This document shows, one piece after another, positions 23,601-36,900 of a stretch of 64,000 bases of DNA. The translations under genes were made by a program, and so were the position numbers. Source of the stretch: Tubulanus polymorphus (taxonomy: Eukaryota > Animalia > Nemertea); NCBI RefSeq assembly GCF_964204645.1, contig NC_134027.1:22902560-22966559 (forward strand), written 5' to 3'. Below the pieces are notes generated by a model. That model made no database searches, was not told where the DNA came from, and saw nothing but the letters and a program-made list of their open reading frames with translations. Each line of letters starts with the position of its first letter. Positions within the stretch are counted from its first letter, which is position 1.

Positions 23601-26600
23601 CTAGCAAAATATTTTTCTCGTCCATTTCAGATCCGCCAAGCAGTGTTGCATTACAAGGACCGACGTCACCAGTTCGGGATTCCACTTCCGTTGACTTCAC
23701 GTGTACAGCTACAGGGGGTAACCCGGTACCGAACCTGCTAATATCTAGAACACCAGTTGGCAGCACTGTGAAACAGGGAGTTAGTCCTCTAACATATTCA
23801 ACATCCGTCACTAAAACAGATAACCAGGCAAAATATCTATGTACAGCTTCTGGGGCTGGTATACCGACACCAATGATTTCTAATAAATTCGTATTAACTG
23901 TCAACTGTAAGTACTATACATTGTTTACAAATTACTCGTAACCTCGTGAAGTTAATTTGGTTCTATTTTTGTCATGATTTTGTTTCGTCAACATCCTTGG
24001 ATTTTGATAATATTGAAACAAATTATTTCTAGTTCAAGCAACATCACTGACAATGGTGAAGAAACCGGCAGATCGTGTATTATTTAACAATAATCAACAG
24101 ATGGAGTGTAAAACTGACTCGTCAAACCCGGCTGTACAGATTCAGTGGTTCATATATTCCTCCACCACATGGACAGCACTTGTCTCTCAACCAACTACGA
24201 GTCAAACTAGTGCAGCCTATCACGGTTTTATGGCTACTAGCGCATTATCTATTACTGCAACTAAATCTATGAATCAGGCTCAATACAGATGTCAAACTGG
24301 AAATCTGTACAAAGATACAACAATTACCGTTCACTGTAAGTATGAAACGCTATTTCAGATATCAAATGAAGTGTTGTAGATTGTTGTTCATATAAATGCC
24401 CTTTCCCTGAATGGCTAATGAAGGAGCGTGAATTTAAATATTTGTTTATAGTTCCACCAGAATCAATGACACTGACTGAAATTCCAAACGGTCCAGTTGT
24501 TGAAGGTACATCTAAAACTCTGACGTGTACAACTGACTCCAGTAACCCGGTGTCTACAATTAAGTGGGCGTACAGCTCTGGGGCGACAACATGGATAAAT
24601 ATTTCACCCAACCCAGCAGTAAATCATAAACCCGGATCTCACAGTGGACAGATATCTACTAGTAGTCTAGTAGTATCAACTGATAAGGATAAGAATGGAA
24701 GACAATACAGATGTACAGCTAATCAGAACAGTCATCCCGTTAATGGTCTCAACCAAACCACAACATTGTCTATATTGTGTAAGTGTGGTATAGCACGTGT
24801 AATGTGTTTAACGGTTACATATTATTTCATTCATCGATTTGAATCGGAATACCAATCATTATCTGCATCTTCATGGTTCATTAAGATTAAATCAACCAAA
24901 TGCGCTTTACTTATTTACAATTCGCATGATTTCAGTTCAACATCCGTAGATTGAGAGAATATTGAAAACAAATTATGATATGCTTAATGGTGAAAAACGG
25001 GCAGATTATGTGTTAGTAAACAATAGTCAGATCGAATGTAAAACTGAATCAGTCTTCGATCGATTTTCTTTACTTTGATAAGATATGATAGTCTACCGTC
25101 AGATTATCTCAATGTAACGTCAAATTGTTTAATATCGGCTTTCTGACACGAGGGGGCGATAGTGTGCGTATGATACGTTTGCCATATTTTTCATGTTTTG
25201 TAATATTATCAAAGTCGTTACGTAGAATCTTTGCAACTATTCCTTAATTTTCTTGCAAACTTCATGTTCTTCTCTCGGGGCTTTTGAATGTACAATTTTT
25301 GAAGTTTTAGAAACACTAGTTTTCCGGCCATTCTCCTTACGTCTGCTGTTACATAAAAATCTAACAGAGAATCACATCGAGTTACATCGTGTTCATTTAT
25401 TGGTCCTCGCAATGACCAATTAGAAAAATACCCTGCAAAGAGGTATGAATCGCTAGATGTCGTACAAAAACAGGGTTTGGACTGTATTCCCGTTTTGCAT
25501 ATTTCGGTAGAAGAGCTGACATGCGCAGTAAGAATCAATTCTGTACTCAGTAAGAACCTTCACGCTCTGGACGAGTTCTCCATAGTTCATGCAAGAAATT
25601 ATTGGCGTAATCGAGTCTATGAGAATAAATCAATTCTGACTTGAAACGGTACCAACAAGCGGACCCCTGCAGGTGTTTGTCTTATTTGGGTGTTTTTCTT
25701 TATCAGCAGTGCTTACTTCCTACTGAAGTGGCGCATGCCTGATGCGGTACATCGGTATCAGGGACATAGACTGGTTGCCTTGTCTTTTCGAACTTACTGC
25801 GAATGCAGTGGCCCTGAATTCGACAGGCAACCATTCTATCAGGGACAACGATTACAACGATTACCGTTCACTGTAAGAGAAAATCACATGTTCGCATCTT
25901 TCAATGACCGTCTAATAAAGTATCAATCATGACTTTCAATGTTATATCTTCAGTTCCACCCGAGTCAATTACACTGACTGAAATTCCAAACGGTCCAGTT
26001 GTTCACGGTACATCAAAAACTCTGACATGTACAACTGAATCCATTAACCCGGTGTCTACAATTGTCTGGGCGTACAGCTCTTGGACGACAACGTGGACAA
26101 ATATTTCACCCAACCAAGCAGTAAATCATAAACCCGGATCTCACAGTGCACGGGCATCTACTAGTAGTCTAGTAGTACCAACTGATAAGGATAAAAATGG
26201 AAGACAATATAGATGTACAGCTTATCAGAACAGTCAAACTGTCAATGGTGTCAACACATCCATGACGTTGTCTATATTGTGTGAGTGTTGAATAGGCGAT
26301 TTATCTTCTTGATAAATGAAAATGCACAATAATCAGATGTATTCGTAGCCGTTTCGGTAGAGGTCTTGGATTACTGTAGCAATGAAATGAAAAATTATCT
26401 TTTAATTTTGTAAAACATAGTAGTTAGTGTTTATCAGATGACTGGATATCAATCAAATCCACGAATGATTAATTCGTCACAAAAAACTTATAAAAACTGA
26501 TTGCAGTAAAAACTGATATGATTTCATACGAGGGAATTTTACTCCATTTATCGGTAACTTTTTATTGCCGATGTCCGCTGTGAACAACCAGTATGACTAT

Positions 26601-29600
26601 AGTGAACTGTTATTTATCTCATAAAAACCCTACGAAAACGTCGTTGTGTTCTTACAAATGAACTTTACTCTATCTATCAGTGATATTTTATTACCGATGT
26701 CCAATCTAAACAACCAGTATATACACAGTACAACGACAGCGTCCGGGGGGACATAATTACTTTGCATCGAAGGAAAACATTCTCAACAATTCATCTATCT
26801 TTATTCTAAGTTCTATTCCGAATTTCATCCATATTTTGTTTCAATTCTACTCCGTTACGCAAGGGGATCAAATTCCTCTCATAGCATTAGCGCAACTGGT
26901 ACATATATTCATTTGAGACTACACTGTACATTCTTTCATATTTCAAGTGCTGAAAAAGTTACTCTTGTATTTTTTAGAAACTTTTTATTCTATATACACT
27001 AGACACAATATTACATATTTAGTTTAATTCTACAATAGATGCACCGCAGCTTTCTTCACAAGTTGAACCCGTTGCCGCAAATATAGGAGAAAGTGTTAGA
27101 TTTACGATAAACTACGATGCAAATCCGTTAGCGACAACTCTCAACTGTAGACACAATTCAACAAATGACCGACGGAAATTGAAAAAGACCAGTTTAACGC
27201 AGTGGAATGTCATCATACAATCAGTTCAGGCGTCTGATTTTGGATCTTATTCGTGTAGACTCAATAATTCAGTTGGTAGCATAGAGATAACACTGAAACT
27301 CACAGAAACTGGTAAGAATCATGTGCTATTTCGAATTATATGTTGTTTTCAGAAATTCGCAGTCATTTGCACTATAGCACTATTTACCACTTATCAATTC
27401 TAATGAAACCTGCAAATATCGATTGCAGCCTGAAACCTATTTTCAATGATAACTCTTCTGTTAGTCGTTCATCAATTGATAATATTTGAGTAGTCGGATG
27501 TCTGGAGGGATGCTGGGCCCAGGGTTCAGATTAATACCGGAGTAACACTCTGAATAACACGAGACTGCATTTTGCTGAACTGGGATCCCAATAAATTAGT
27601 GCAGCGCGCGAACTATAAAACGAATTTCTTTTTTTTCTTATTGTTTTAGGACCTCCCCAAACACCGTCAAATCTGTCAGTTATTGCAAAAACAGGCATTT
27701 CTGTGACATTGAGTTGGGTGTCTGAATTTGAGGGTGGTGCCAAACAAACGTTTGCTGTCAGTTACAGGGCTTGGAATTCCATACAATTCGTGAATAAAGC
27801 TGAAATACCCGATCCCGGTTATAGAAAACTGGTGCAAACGAAAATAACCGGTTTAAAACCGGCAACTGATTACCAGTTCAAAGTGAAAAGTGTCAACTTA
27901 AATGTAGGTGATAATACAAGTCCATTTACTGATATAGTTACAACTAATACAAATGGTAAGATTGAAGGCTTGTTAGATATGTAAGTTTTATAAGATATAA
28001 ATACAGGCCTATTTTTAAGCCCGTTGGAATAATTAAACGTAAATTCCTCATTACTTTAAGTTTCTGATTAGGATGATTTTGTTTGAGTTGAATTCCTCAT
28101 TCTCGGAAAATCCTCATTGCGTGTCATCGAAGAAATTCAAACAAAAAGTTCCTTCGGATTATTTTACCAGTAAACTTTGCCGATGTCATTCACATTCGAT
28201 GTCGCATCATTTTCGGTCAAATTCAGAATCAAGGAGCTTCCCGTTGATACGAATATAGGAATCGGAATACGTAGCGACATACGTGCCTCCTCGATCCCCG
28301 ATCTTGAGAATTCTATCTCGGCTGTTAGTTCCAGCTAGTGGGATTGGCTGCACCCACTCCTTTCTAGATGATTGTGTTGATGATGTATCAATTGTTTTCA
28401 GGATGATATTGATATCGGATTTGTTTTTCTCATTTTTCAGCTATTCCAATCGCTTTAATCACCGCAATGAAGCAAGCGACAGTAACACAGAAAGGAAATA
28501 GTGTCCTGATAAAATTGTCGTCGTTTCCGTCGAAGTACAGTGTCTACGCGGAATACTGTTTCAAAAATACGAACGAATGTTTTAATTCTACGAAACTAGA
28601 AAGTACTGGCGGTTCGATTAGTATTGAGATTAAAATCGATCCCGATCAAGCATACAGTTACCAACTGATTGTAACTGAGAGTAGTGACGTGATTCTGAGC
28701 CATCAGGTTGAAATTCCAGGTAAATATTTGCTGGTTAGTGTCGGTAAACCAAGATCCAAACGTTGAAAAGAGAAAGACAAACAAACAAATAAATGCATAG
28801 ATATCCCAACCACGCCTATAGTCATTTTGCTAGTTCGCTTTTAATGAAAAATATCTCTGGTGAAATCCAGGCCCATCGATACTTCCTTGTCATAATTTGC
28901 ACATTTTATTTTCCCATTTTTCGATCCTCTCAGTTACTACCAATGTTGCACTGATCGGAGGTGTTGTTGCTGGTGTATTGTTGGTCGCCATCATCGTTAT
29001 TGTGTTCGTGTTTCTATTCGTGAAAGGTCGTCGAGACGGTCAATGGATCTGGACAAAATACTGCACGAAAAGGTTTATGTTTCTTTTTGTTTATACGTTA
29101 CTAGAAGCTTCCTCTTCTATTCGCTAAGCTTAATCGAATGTCAATAGATTAATTTCCATGCTGAGCAATAGACTCTTATTTTGTCTTTAAGGTATGTCCT
29201 ACCCGTTTGTGTCCTATTCCCTTTTTAGATGGGCCAAAGAAAAAAGCAATGCCGTCCTTTGATTTGTACGAGCCATAAAAAACGATAGTCCTTTTTTCAA
29301 CAATAAGTGTCATTAATTCCACCAATGACTTCATTAATTTTGACGATAAGGACATATTTCGTGATGTAAAAGTGGGCAATTTTCGGTGATATATTTCAAA
29401 AATCAGAATATTATAAATGGTCTCGAAACTGGTTGTACACGTTAGTTACACCACGAGAAGATTCGAATCCCAATATTCCATTTAACCGATCCCTTTCACT
29501 AGCGACAATTATATTTTCGAAATGTGTAATCGACGTGTAAATAATGCAGCGAAATCATTCTTTCATTTCAGAAAAACTGGAGAATCACAAGTTGGTAAAT

Positions 29601-31590
29601 GAAGTAGAAATAGATTTGTTATTCGATGGGAAATATAATATAATGATAATATTATCAGTAATTTCATCATTATTTGAATTACAGGCCTTCTAGGGTTTCA
29701 TCGGTTTTCCATACACTGAATATTTTTAAAACGAATACGTAACATCAATTCTATGATATTTTTGATAATAGCGTCATTCTTGAACAGAATTGTTCTTATA
29801 ATTTCAGTTTATTCGAACACGAAGGAATCCCCGTGTATGTATATTCGATGCATTTTCTGCCTTCGTGTCTCACTGTGAATTGAGTTTACTATCGAAAAAT
29901 ATGATATTTCAGACTCTTACGCCACGGTAACACCGAACGTAAATGCGGCTTTTGAAGGTGGTAAGTCAATTATCATTAAATCACTTTTTCAATTTAACTT
30001 ATTATACGTACATTTCTATGAAAACATCTATGAGAAAGTTTACAAAATTTTAGTCTCACCAGTGGCAAGATGTCGTCGACATCTGTACCAACTATTTTTG
30101 TTCCAAATCCTCACAGCCGCTATTCCAAAGTGCCACCTTATCATTTTAGGGATACGAATCATTTTTCTTATCTCATAGAATTTCAGGGCTTTTAAAGATT
30201 TTATCAGTTTTTACGAAACCCCACAAGGTGAAAACTCATTTTTCCGTGGCCACTGAGTAGAGACAATAGCTTGATGTAAGTGCTTAATGACCTCACCATC
30301 TTCTAACCAGTCTCACTGCTTCTATTCTACCCCCTCCTGAACGGCGCTATAGCTATCCTTTACATGTCCCTATATTCTATTATAGCAACTAAATGCTCTT
30401 CTATCTTTCCAACAAACTCCCACCTTGTAATCTGAGCCATTTGCCATCAGTGTGCACACTGCACACTCTACTCATATATACATTTAACTATTGAATCTAC
30501 ACCAAAAAATAATCTTCCGTTCGAACGGAAAGGTTTGTGGCCTCGAAAAAAATATGTATTTCTCAGCATGTTACCATAGGTTTTCTATTTACTTACACTG
30601 AATATTATATTTTTTCAATCTTGGAATAATTTTCATCATTTCAGTCTATTCAACCAGTAATCAAGCCCATGGCACAGATCTGTGTATGTTTATTCGATGC
30701 ATTTGATACTTTCTCATTTCACTGCGAATTTAGTTTACAATTTATGGAATATGACATTTCAGACTCTTACGCCGCGGCCACAAGGAGCGTAAACAAGGCT
30801 TTTAACGGTAGGTCAATTATCATTGAATTAAGTCACACATTTCTATGAGAAAATCTAGAAAATCTAGGAGACAATATAGAAAAATTCTAACGAAGGGCTA
30901 GCTATCGTAGACATTTTGTTTCAATCATCCTTGACCTAGCCTCCGCGCCTGCCTTGTCATTTTCGGGAAAGTGAGCATTTCATTAATCCGCTTGCATTCT
31001 TAGTTTTCCTTCTTTAAAATCTGGCTTCTGAAGATATTTTACTGTTTTCTAAAAACACTGAATATGTGATATTAGGAAATTCATACATATCATCTATGTT
31101 TTTCTGGATATAATTGATTTTATATTTATTCCTTGAACCGAATTTCCACCATTGCAGTTTAATCAAACAGTAATGAAGCATATGACAAAGACACGCGTAT
31201 GGATTATATTCGTTTCATCTGAAACCGTCTTATCTCCCTGTGAAATGCGTTTACTATTGATAAAATCATATTTCAGACTCTTACGCTGAGGAAACACTGT
31301 ATGTAAATGTAGCTTTTGGCGGTAAGCAAGTCATCATTAAATCACTTCATCGATTATCATTAACCCATACCATAAAATTCATCGATAGACATCATTCTAA
31401 GCAAACAATTTAGAATCTTCACAAAAGACTTAGATATCGTCGGGTTTTTCAACTACTCGTCACCTAAGCTCCGCGGCCGCTTTATCATTTTTTTTGGGAT
31501 AGTGATAACTATGTGTTTTGTTTGTTTCCTTCATTAGAAGCAGACTCTGTAACTGGTGACCAGAACCATTATGAAGAAGTCAGGAACTAG
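17695..31590 (+). CDS. Gene B1: IgSF receptor (signal peptide, V, 8 further Ig, FN3, FN3-like, TM, repeat-built Tyr tail)
   Basis: Exons: 17695-17706 (MYGK), 18038-18089 (MCLAGIVVSFLMWKGIIG), V 19003-19344, Ig 21545-21820, 22695-22970, 23099-23401, 23631-23906, 24033-24335, 24452-24778, 25954-26280, 27039-27311, FN3 27650-27955, 28441-28719, TM 28934-29072, tail 29572-29594, 29808-29834, 29913-29960, 30645-30683, 30763-30807, (31158-31196 contains TAA), 31277-31321, ~31538-31590 ending HYEEVRN*. Confidence 0.82.
19003..19344 (+). CDS. V-like N-terminal Ig exon of B1
   Basis: Within ORF 18990..19433; ttcag acceptor and gtaagc donor; 342 nt. Confidence 0.85.
19572..21375 (+). mobile_element. 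Decayed Penelope-like retroelement with inverted pseudo-LTRs in the V-Ig2 intron of B1
   Basis: PYGPPKIRKSNVPLRILSS resembles PLE YGLPKIHKxxxPLRPI; LLELCARRAYFQFD, WRSYVDY (YVDD-like) and EWEFDGRNPFFDV (LPFLDV-like) follow with frameshifts. Imperfect inverted ends cttcagtctaaaatgact / agtcattttagactgaag. Confidence 0.75.
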
Positions 31591-31989
31591 CAGAACAGAA
31601 TACCAATGACCAGCTGGAACTTTTTACTGACTCGAAAAACTAGCACGATGTGCTTGTAACATCGAAAATAAATTATACGACCCTTCTACTCCGTGGATGG
31701 ATTCAAAGTTATTTGCAGCGTCATATGTACTTTGAAATGATTCCTGAAGAAACAATGTTAAGATTTCGTTTTGTTTTCGCTTTCTCGTCGAACAAACACA
31801 AAATATACGTAAATTGATAAACAAGTTGAACGGGTGCAATTAGAAATAGGTCTAGTTGTTGATGCCGTTAGACTATGCAACAAGTTCGAATTCCTACGAG
31901 TGACGGTCTATTCTGAAAAATCTGTCGAAAGTAACTGTAATTTCTGCTTGTTTCCTCATTCACACTTATTCATTACCTACGTAAATTAC

Positions 31990-32430
31990 CATTTCATTGT
32001 AACGGAATATAATGAATTATTTGATAAATGTGAATGTATTGTTAGAATAAGAAATAAAAACAGATCTTGCTGTGAGTGGTATATTTCCCCAGACCTTTCG
32101 AAAGCGTTCGACATTCCAAATCATGACATTATATGTCATGATTTGGAATATCATTATATGAAGGTTTCCTAGGGATAGTAAACGATTGGTATTCTTCTCA
32201 TCTTCCCAATCAACAACAAAATACGTCTCACACAAATGCTCCATTTCTTCCACACTATCCGCTAAGATCTGAGTATGCCGTGGTTTCTATCCTAGGTCCA
32301 CTTCTTTTTCTTATTCACATGCATTATATTTATTCTTCTACGGAAAAACTTAAGTACATACTATTCGCCGTTGATACGCCATTGCATTAGTTCACATATA
32401 CATCTCTGTACAAACATACATACATAATGA
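31990..32430 (+). mobile_element. Decayed CR1/L2-type LINE reverse transcriptase fragment
   Basis: DLSKAFDIPNHDII (DLSKAFDTVNH-like), ILGPLLFLI and ILFAVDT (LFADDT-like), with frameshifts. Confidence 0.7.
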
Positions 32431-33249
32431 TTTAGATTTGACGATGATGTCTGCAGTCTCTAAAATGAAAAAAATGCACGAAGTCGTAGTGAAATATTTT
32501 TGAAACCCCCATTTCAGCATCATCCATCATACTTTATACTTTTTGTTATCATTGGATCATTTATGTTAATCATTATACATTGAGCTTCACCTTACTCGAT
32601 CTAATGCCGATCAGTTTCTGTATGAGATTTTTTAACAAAATATAATAAGAATTTATTCAAACTACAACGTAAATCTCATTTTATGCAATTTCTGAAGAAT
32701 CTCTATCTTGAGTCATTTGTTGGTTCATTGACAATTCACAGTGGCTCAGGTGATCTCCGGTGGTACAACACCGTGTGAAGTACGAAAGGCAGATTTCCAG
32801 GGCAAACTTCGGCTTTCGTAGCTAGTGGTTGGAAGAAATAACCGAACGCACTATGTTTGGTCGTAAGGCATTTCGCAGCGTCGTCCATCTTGGAAATAGA
32901 CACGAACTACAGCGACCGTGCCCAATCTCGTGGTCGGCCGTTTTCGGTTCATAGTTCGGACAAACTGACATTCGGTTTCACTTAGTACGACTATAGTCAA
33001 ATAACTCCCATAACGAAGTTCGCCCAGTGTTCTGATAAAAATATCTAATGCCTTGCATCATTCACAACCAATGATGTCTTGGGTGTCGAAGTTCTGATTA
33101 CAACGAAAAATGGCGATTAAGTGTCGAATAATGGTTCGATTAAAGATATTTTAGGTCAAGTTCCGCAGTTAACGAAATGGCCGAATGGTGGCAGCAGATG
33201 TAGAAATGAATACATATCGTTCAAACATTAATTTTTGAATGTATCAGGT

Positions 33250-33392
33250 ATGAATTGAAACTCGCTCTGTCTATAGCTGTAAAAACCGAGCACCTCAGTT
33301 TCACATTCTAATTCCTGGTTGGAATTTCTACGAACACATATTGAGATATTCACGCAAAAAAGTGTGAAAACAGTGTTATAAGTAGTTTCCAG
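33250..33392 (+). promoter_or_regulatory. Putative promoter/5' UTR exon of gene C
   Basis: AGTTTCACATTC 33297 (IRF-like), TTCCTGG 33312 (ETS core) and TGGAATTTCT 33320 (kB-like) within 35 bp, followed by a gtaagt donor at ~33392. Confidence 0.35.
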
Positions 33393-33918
33393 TAAGTTAA
33401 TTCGGCCACCGTATTTATTCTCGCCTCTGCGTTCTATCTGTTGAAAAGCCTTTTAAGTCTTAGGGATGCCTATCGAACATGTAGTTCGTTATAATTTTGA
33501 GTAGTATTCAGAAGAAACAGTCAGTTCCTAGTTATACGATGAGCGTTGAGCCGCCTAAACAGAACGAAATATAAGCCGCGGACTCAGAGATCAAGGGTTT
33601 ACACGTACGTATACGCTCAACCTTCTTCTATGTCATGCGACTATTCCCCCTCTTGTTGCTATGATCATGCCCATATTCTTGTTGAATAGGAGCAATACTT
33701 CCTCGTCTCTATTGCGTCGCATATTACTGGAGATCGGGATTTGGCAGTAGCAACGAAAGAAGAAAACATTCCACTCGCTCATCTGACTCGTGACTGGAAA
33801 AACGTTGATGAATGATTCCAAGGTTTTTGTTTGGAAATTAACTTCAATTCTTGAATATCATCCATACATAAGTCGTGTGTCAATTTAGATTAAAAGGAGT
33901 TTTGAATCTACATGCAGC

Positions 33919-36900
33919 ATGTATAGAAACGTAAGAAAACTGCTATTTTGTCAATCGAATATCAGTATATCATTGAAGCCTAGGCAATTGATAATCTAGG
34001 GTATTATTGTTATGTGATGTATTTCTTAAGAATGTGTGTATAAACATAGTCATTGGTATCAGTATCTCTCAAGAACTTGTAGGGCGCATTTTAGCGCTTT
34101 TTCAGTTCATGACAATATTTCTAAAATATTTTGCTATTCAAGGTACATAAGGGTTTGGCGGTGATGCCGAATGCAGAGAAGTGACAAATTGTATTTCCCT
34201 GATCTTGAAAATCAATGACGATAATCCGATTTTTGGGGAATTCTTTAGTTTTCTTCATTTAAGATCCACCAATCAATGTAACATTACAAGGACCGACGTC
34301 ACCCGTACAGGAATCCACATCTATTGACTTAACGTGTACAGCTACTGGGGGCAACCCGGTACCGAACCTCGCCAAAACTAGAATACCAGGGGGCAGCACT
34401 GTGAAACAGGGAGTTAGTCATCTAACATATTCAACATCAGTCACTAAAACAGATAACCAGGCAGAGTATCAATGTACAGCTACTGGGGCTGGTATACCAA
34501 CACCAATGATTTCTAATCAAGTTAAATTATTTGTTTACTGTAAGTACTACACATATTTCTCAATCTACTCCATTTCTAAGTGAATGTTGCACAATAAAGA
34601 ATATCAGGGTTGATAAAGATGCCGTACATGCAATGTTCCCAATTTTTTTTCCTTTTTCCACAGATGCACCAAAGCTCTCGGAAAAACTCAAACCCGTCGC
34701 GGCAAAAATAGGAGAAAGGGTAAGATTTACGATAAACTACGACGCGAATCCGCGAGCAACAACTTTGAATTGCAGCCACAAGTTTGAATACAGGGCTACT
34801 CCAGCAACGATTTTCTGGATCGGAACTGTAAAATTAGTTCAGGCGTCTGATTACGGATCTTATTTGTGTCAACTGAAGAATGCAGTTGGTAGCGTAGAAA
34901 TTACATTGAATATCCTAGAAATTGGTAAGTGCTGCATCGTGCAGAACTTTATTCCAGAAACGAAGCTTCATTACGGTTGCCGCAGTCCACATGAGGAAAA
35001 ATCCCTAGAAATTCTAATGAAACCTGTTTAGAATACTATAGTCGGCCTTTCAATGGGGTCAAAGACCCCTGGAAAAATATCTGTCTCATTATTTTTCATT
35101 TGTCACCAATTGTAAAATACAACTTGTGCAACCTTCATCTTGGTCATTTTGTTTCATTGTAGGGCTTCGAAATCTGACAATCGTCGCAAAAACGGCCGTA
35201 TCTGTGACTCTGAGTTGGATATCGGAATTTGCGGGTGGCTCCATAAAAACATTCACAGTCACTCACAAGGCATTGGAATCTAGAAAGTCCGTGGGTAAAA
35301 CTGGAATACCCGATCCTGGTTATGGGAAAATGGTGCAAACGAAAATAAACGGATTGAAACCAGCAACTGATTATCAGTTCAAAGTGATAAGTGTCAACTT
35401 AAATCGTGATGATAATACGAGTCCATTTACTGATATAGTTACAACTAGAACAAATGGTAAGTGTGAATCATGTAGAGATTTCAAATATAACCATACAGGT
35501 CTCGCCCCCTATATTCACTGCGCATTGATTCATGGTCAATTCCTCCTTTCGGTGTAATGAACTAAATACCGGTTTCTTGAATACTGTTGCGTATATTTCT
35601 CATCACTAAACTTCGAGAATGTTTCATGCGTTTCTACTATCGGTTCTTGTTATATAAGTTTTCCCGACAGGCTTCACCTCTACGCATGCGTATATTGTAT
35701 GGTGTGTATGAGTTACACGTTCCGTTCAGCCTTTCAAAGTCTGAATCGACAGAACTTTAGGGTAGATATCAGATCCTAAAACTGACTTGTTGCGCGTGCG
35801 CAGTGACTGGCATTGACTTTTAAAACTTGTAAAATAGAAGTTCGTGACAACGGTATATTCGTGACCACGGGACTTCTGATAACAGCACTACTGGTTGAAT
35901 TATCATACTGCACTAAAGCATGTCCTGTATTATTTTCAGCTATTCCCAGCGCTATGGACACCGTATTGGATCAGGCCACGATAACGCAGGAAAGAGATTT
36001 CGCCCTGGTGAAGATGTCATCGTTTCCGTCGAAGTACAGCGTCTACGTGGAATACTGTACGAAATATACGAACCAGTGTAAATCTACCAAACCGATAGAA
36101 ACCACCGACGGTTCGATAAAAATTGAGATTAAAATCAATCCAGATCAACCATACACTTACAAACTGATCGTATCTGAAAGTAGTGACGTCATCGCCAGCA
36201 GACCGTTTAAAGTGAAAAAGGTAAAGCTATGGCTGGAGGTTTTTGATCCAAAATATTTTGATGAGATGGAACACAACCATGGGAAAATAGATTCGAAGTC
36301 GCCTTCTTTTGAAAATTTGCAAAAAGGTGGCTGATTCTAGCCGAGTAAAAAAAAGATCTTTCCAATACGCCTAGCAAATATTACATCATTTCGTTTTTGC
36401 ATCCGTTTTTGTGTGGCCAAAAACAAGCGCAGAAACGAAGATTCCGTTTTGTGTGGCGACGAAACAGGAATTAAATTTGGACTCAAATCGCTTGAAAAAA
36501 GATAATGAAGATTTCTTATGCCGCAGATATTCTGTTGATGGTTATGTTTCTGCAAACCCAAGTAACCATAATCTAGGCCTACGGATGCGAATAAACGTCA
36601 TTTCTTTATTCAGTTGATGATAAGAGGACCGTAACGTCTCCAGCGTCTCCAGATCCGCTGACGACTGTTGGTTTTGTTCTTAGTATCATCGCGTTTGTTC
36701 TGGTCGTGATATTATTGGTATTACTTTTAATGAAACGATTAAGAAACAGAACAAGTGGAATGTAAGTGTTCATTAATTAAATCATTTGCTGTCCATTTGT
36801 TTTGCATCAATTGCCCCCTTCTTTATAAACGTTGCTGTTGTAAAACCATCAAGAAATGGCTGAGAAGCAGTCAATTGGGTTAATTTCAAAACAAGTAGGA

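Larger units (their letters stand above)
3646..29072. repeat. Large inverted repeat: arms 3646-15357 and 19003-29072 around a ~3.6 kb unique spacer
   Basis: Exons and most introns of A1 (V to TM) are the reverse complement of B1; similarity begins at the V acceptor and ends at the TM donor. Confidence 0.9.

Noticed and set aside
33633-33821. Possible transposase or other gene fragment upstream of C
   Set aside because: Short ORF with no recognisable motif or splice structure.
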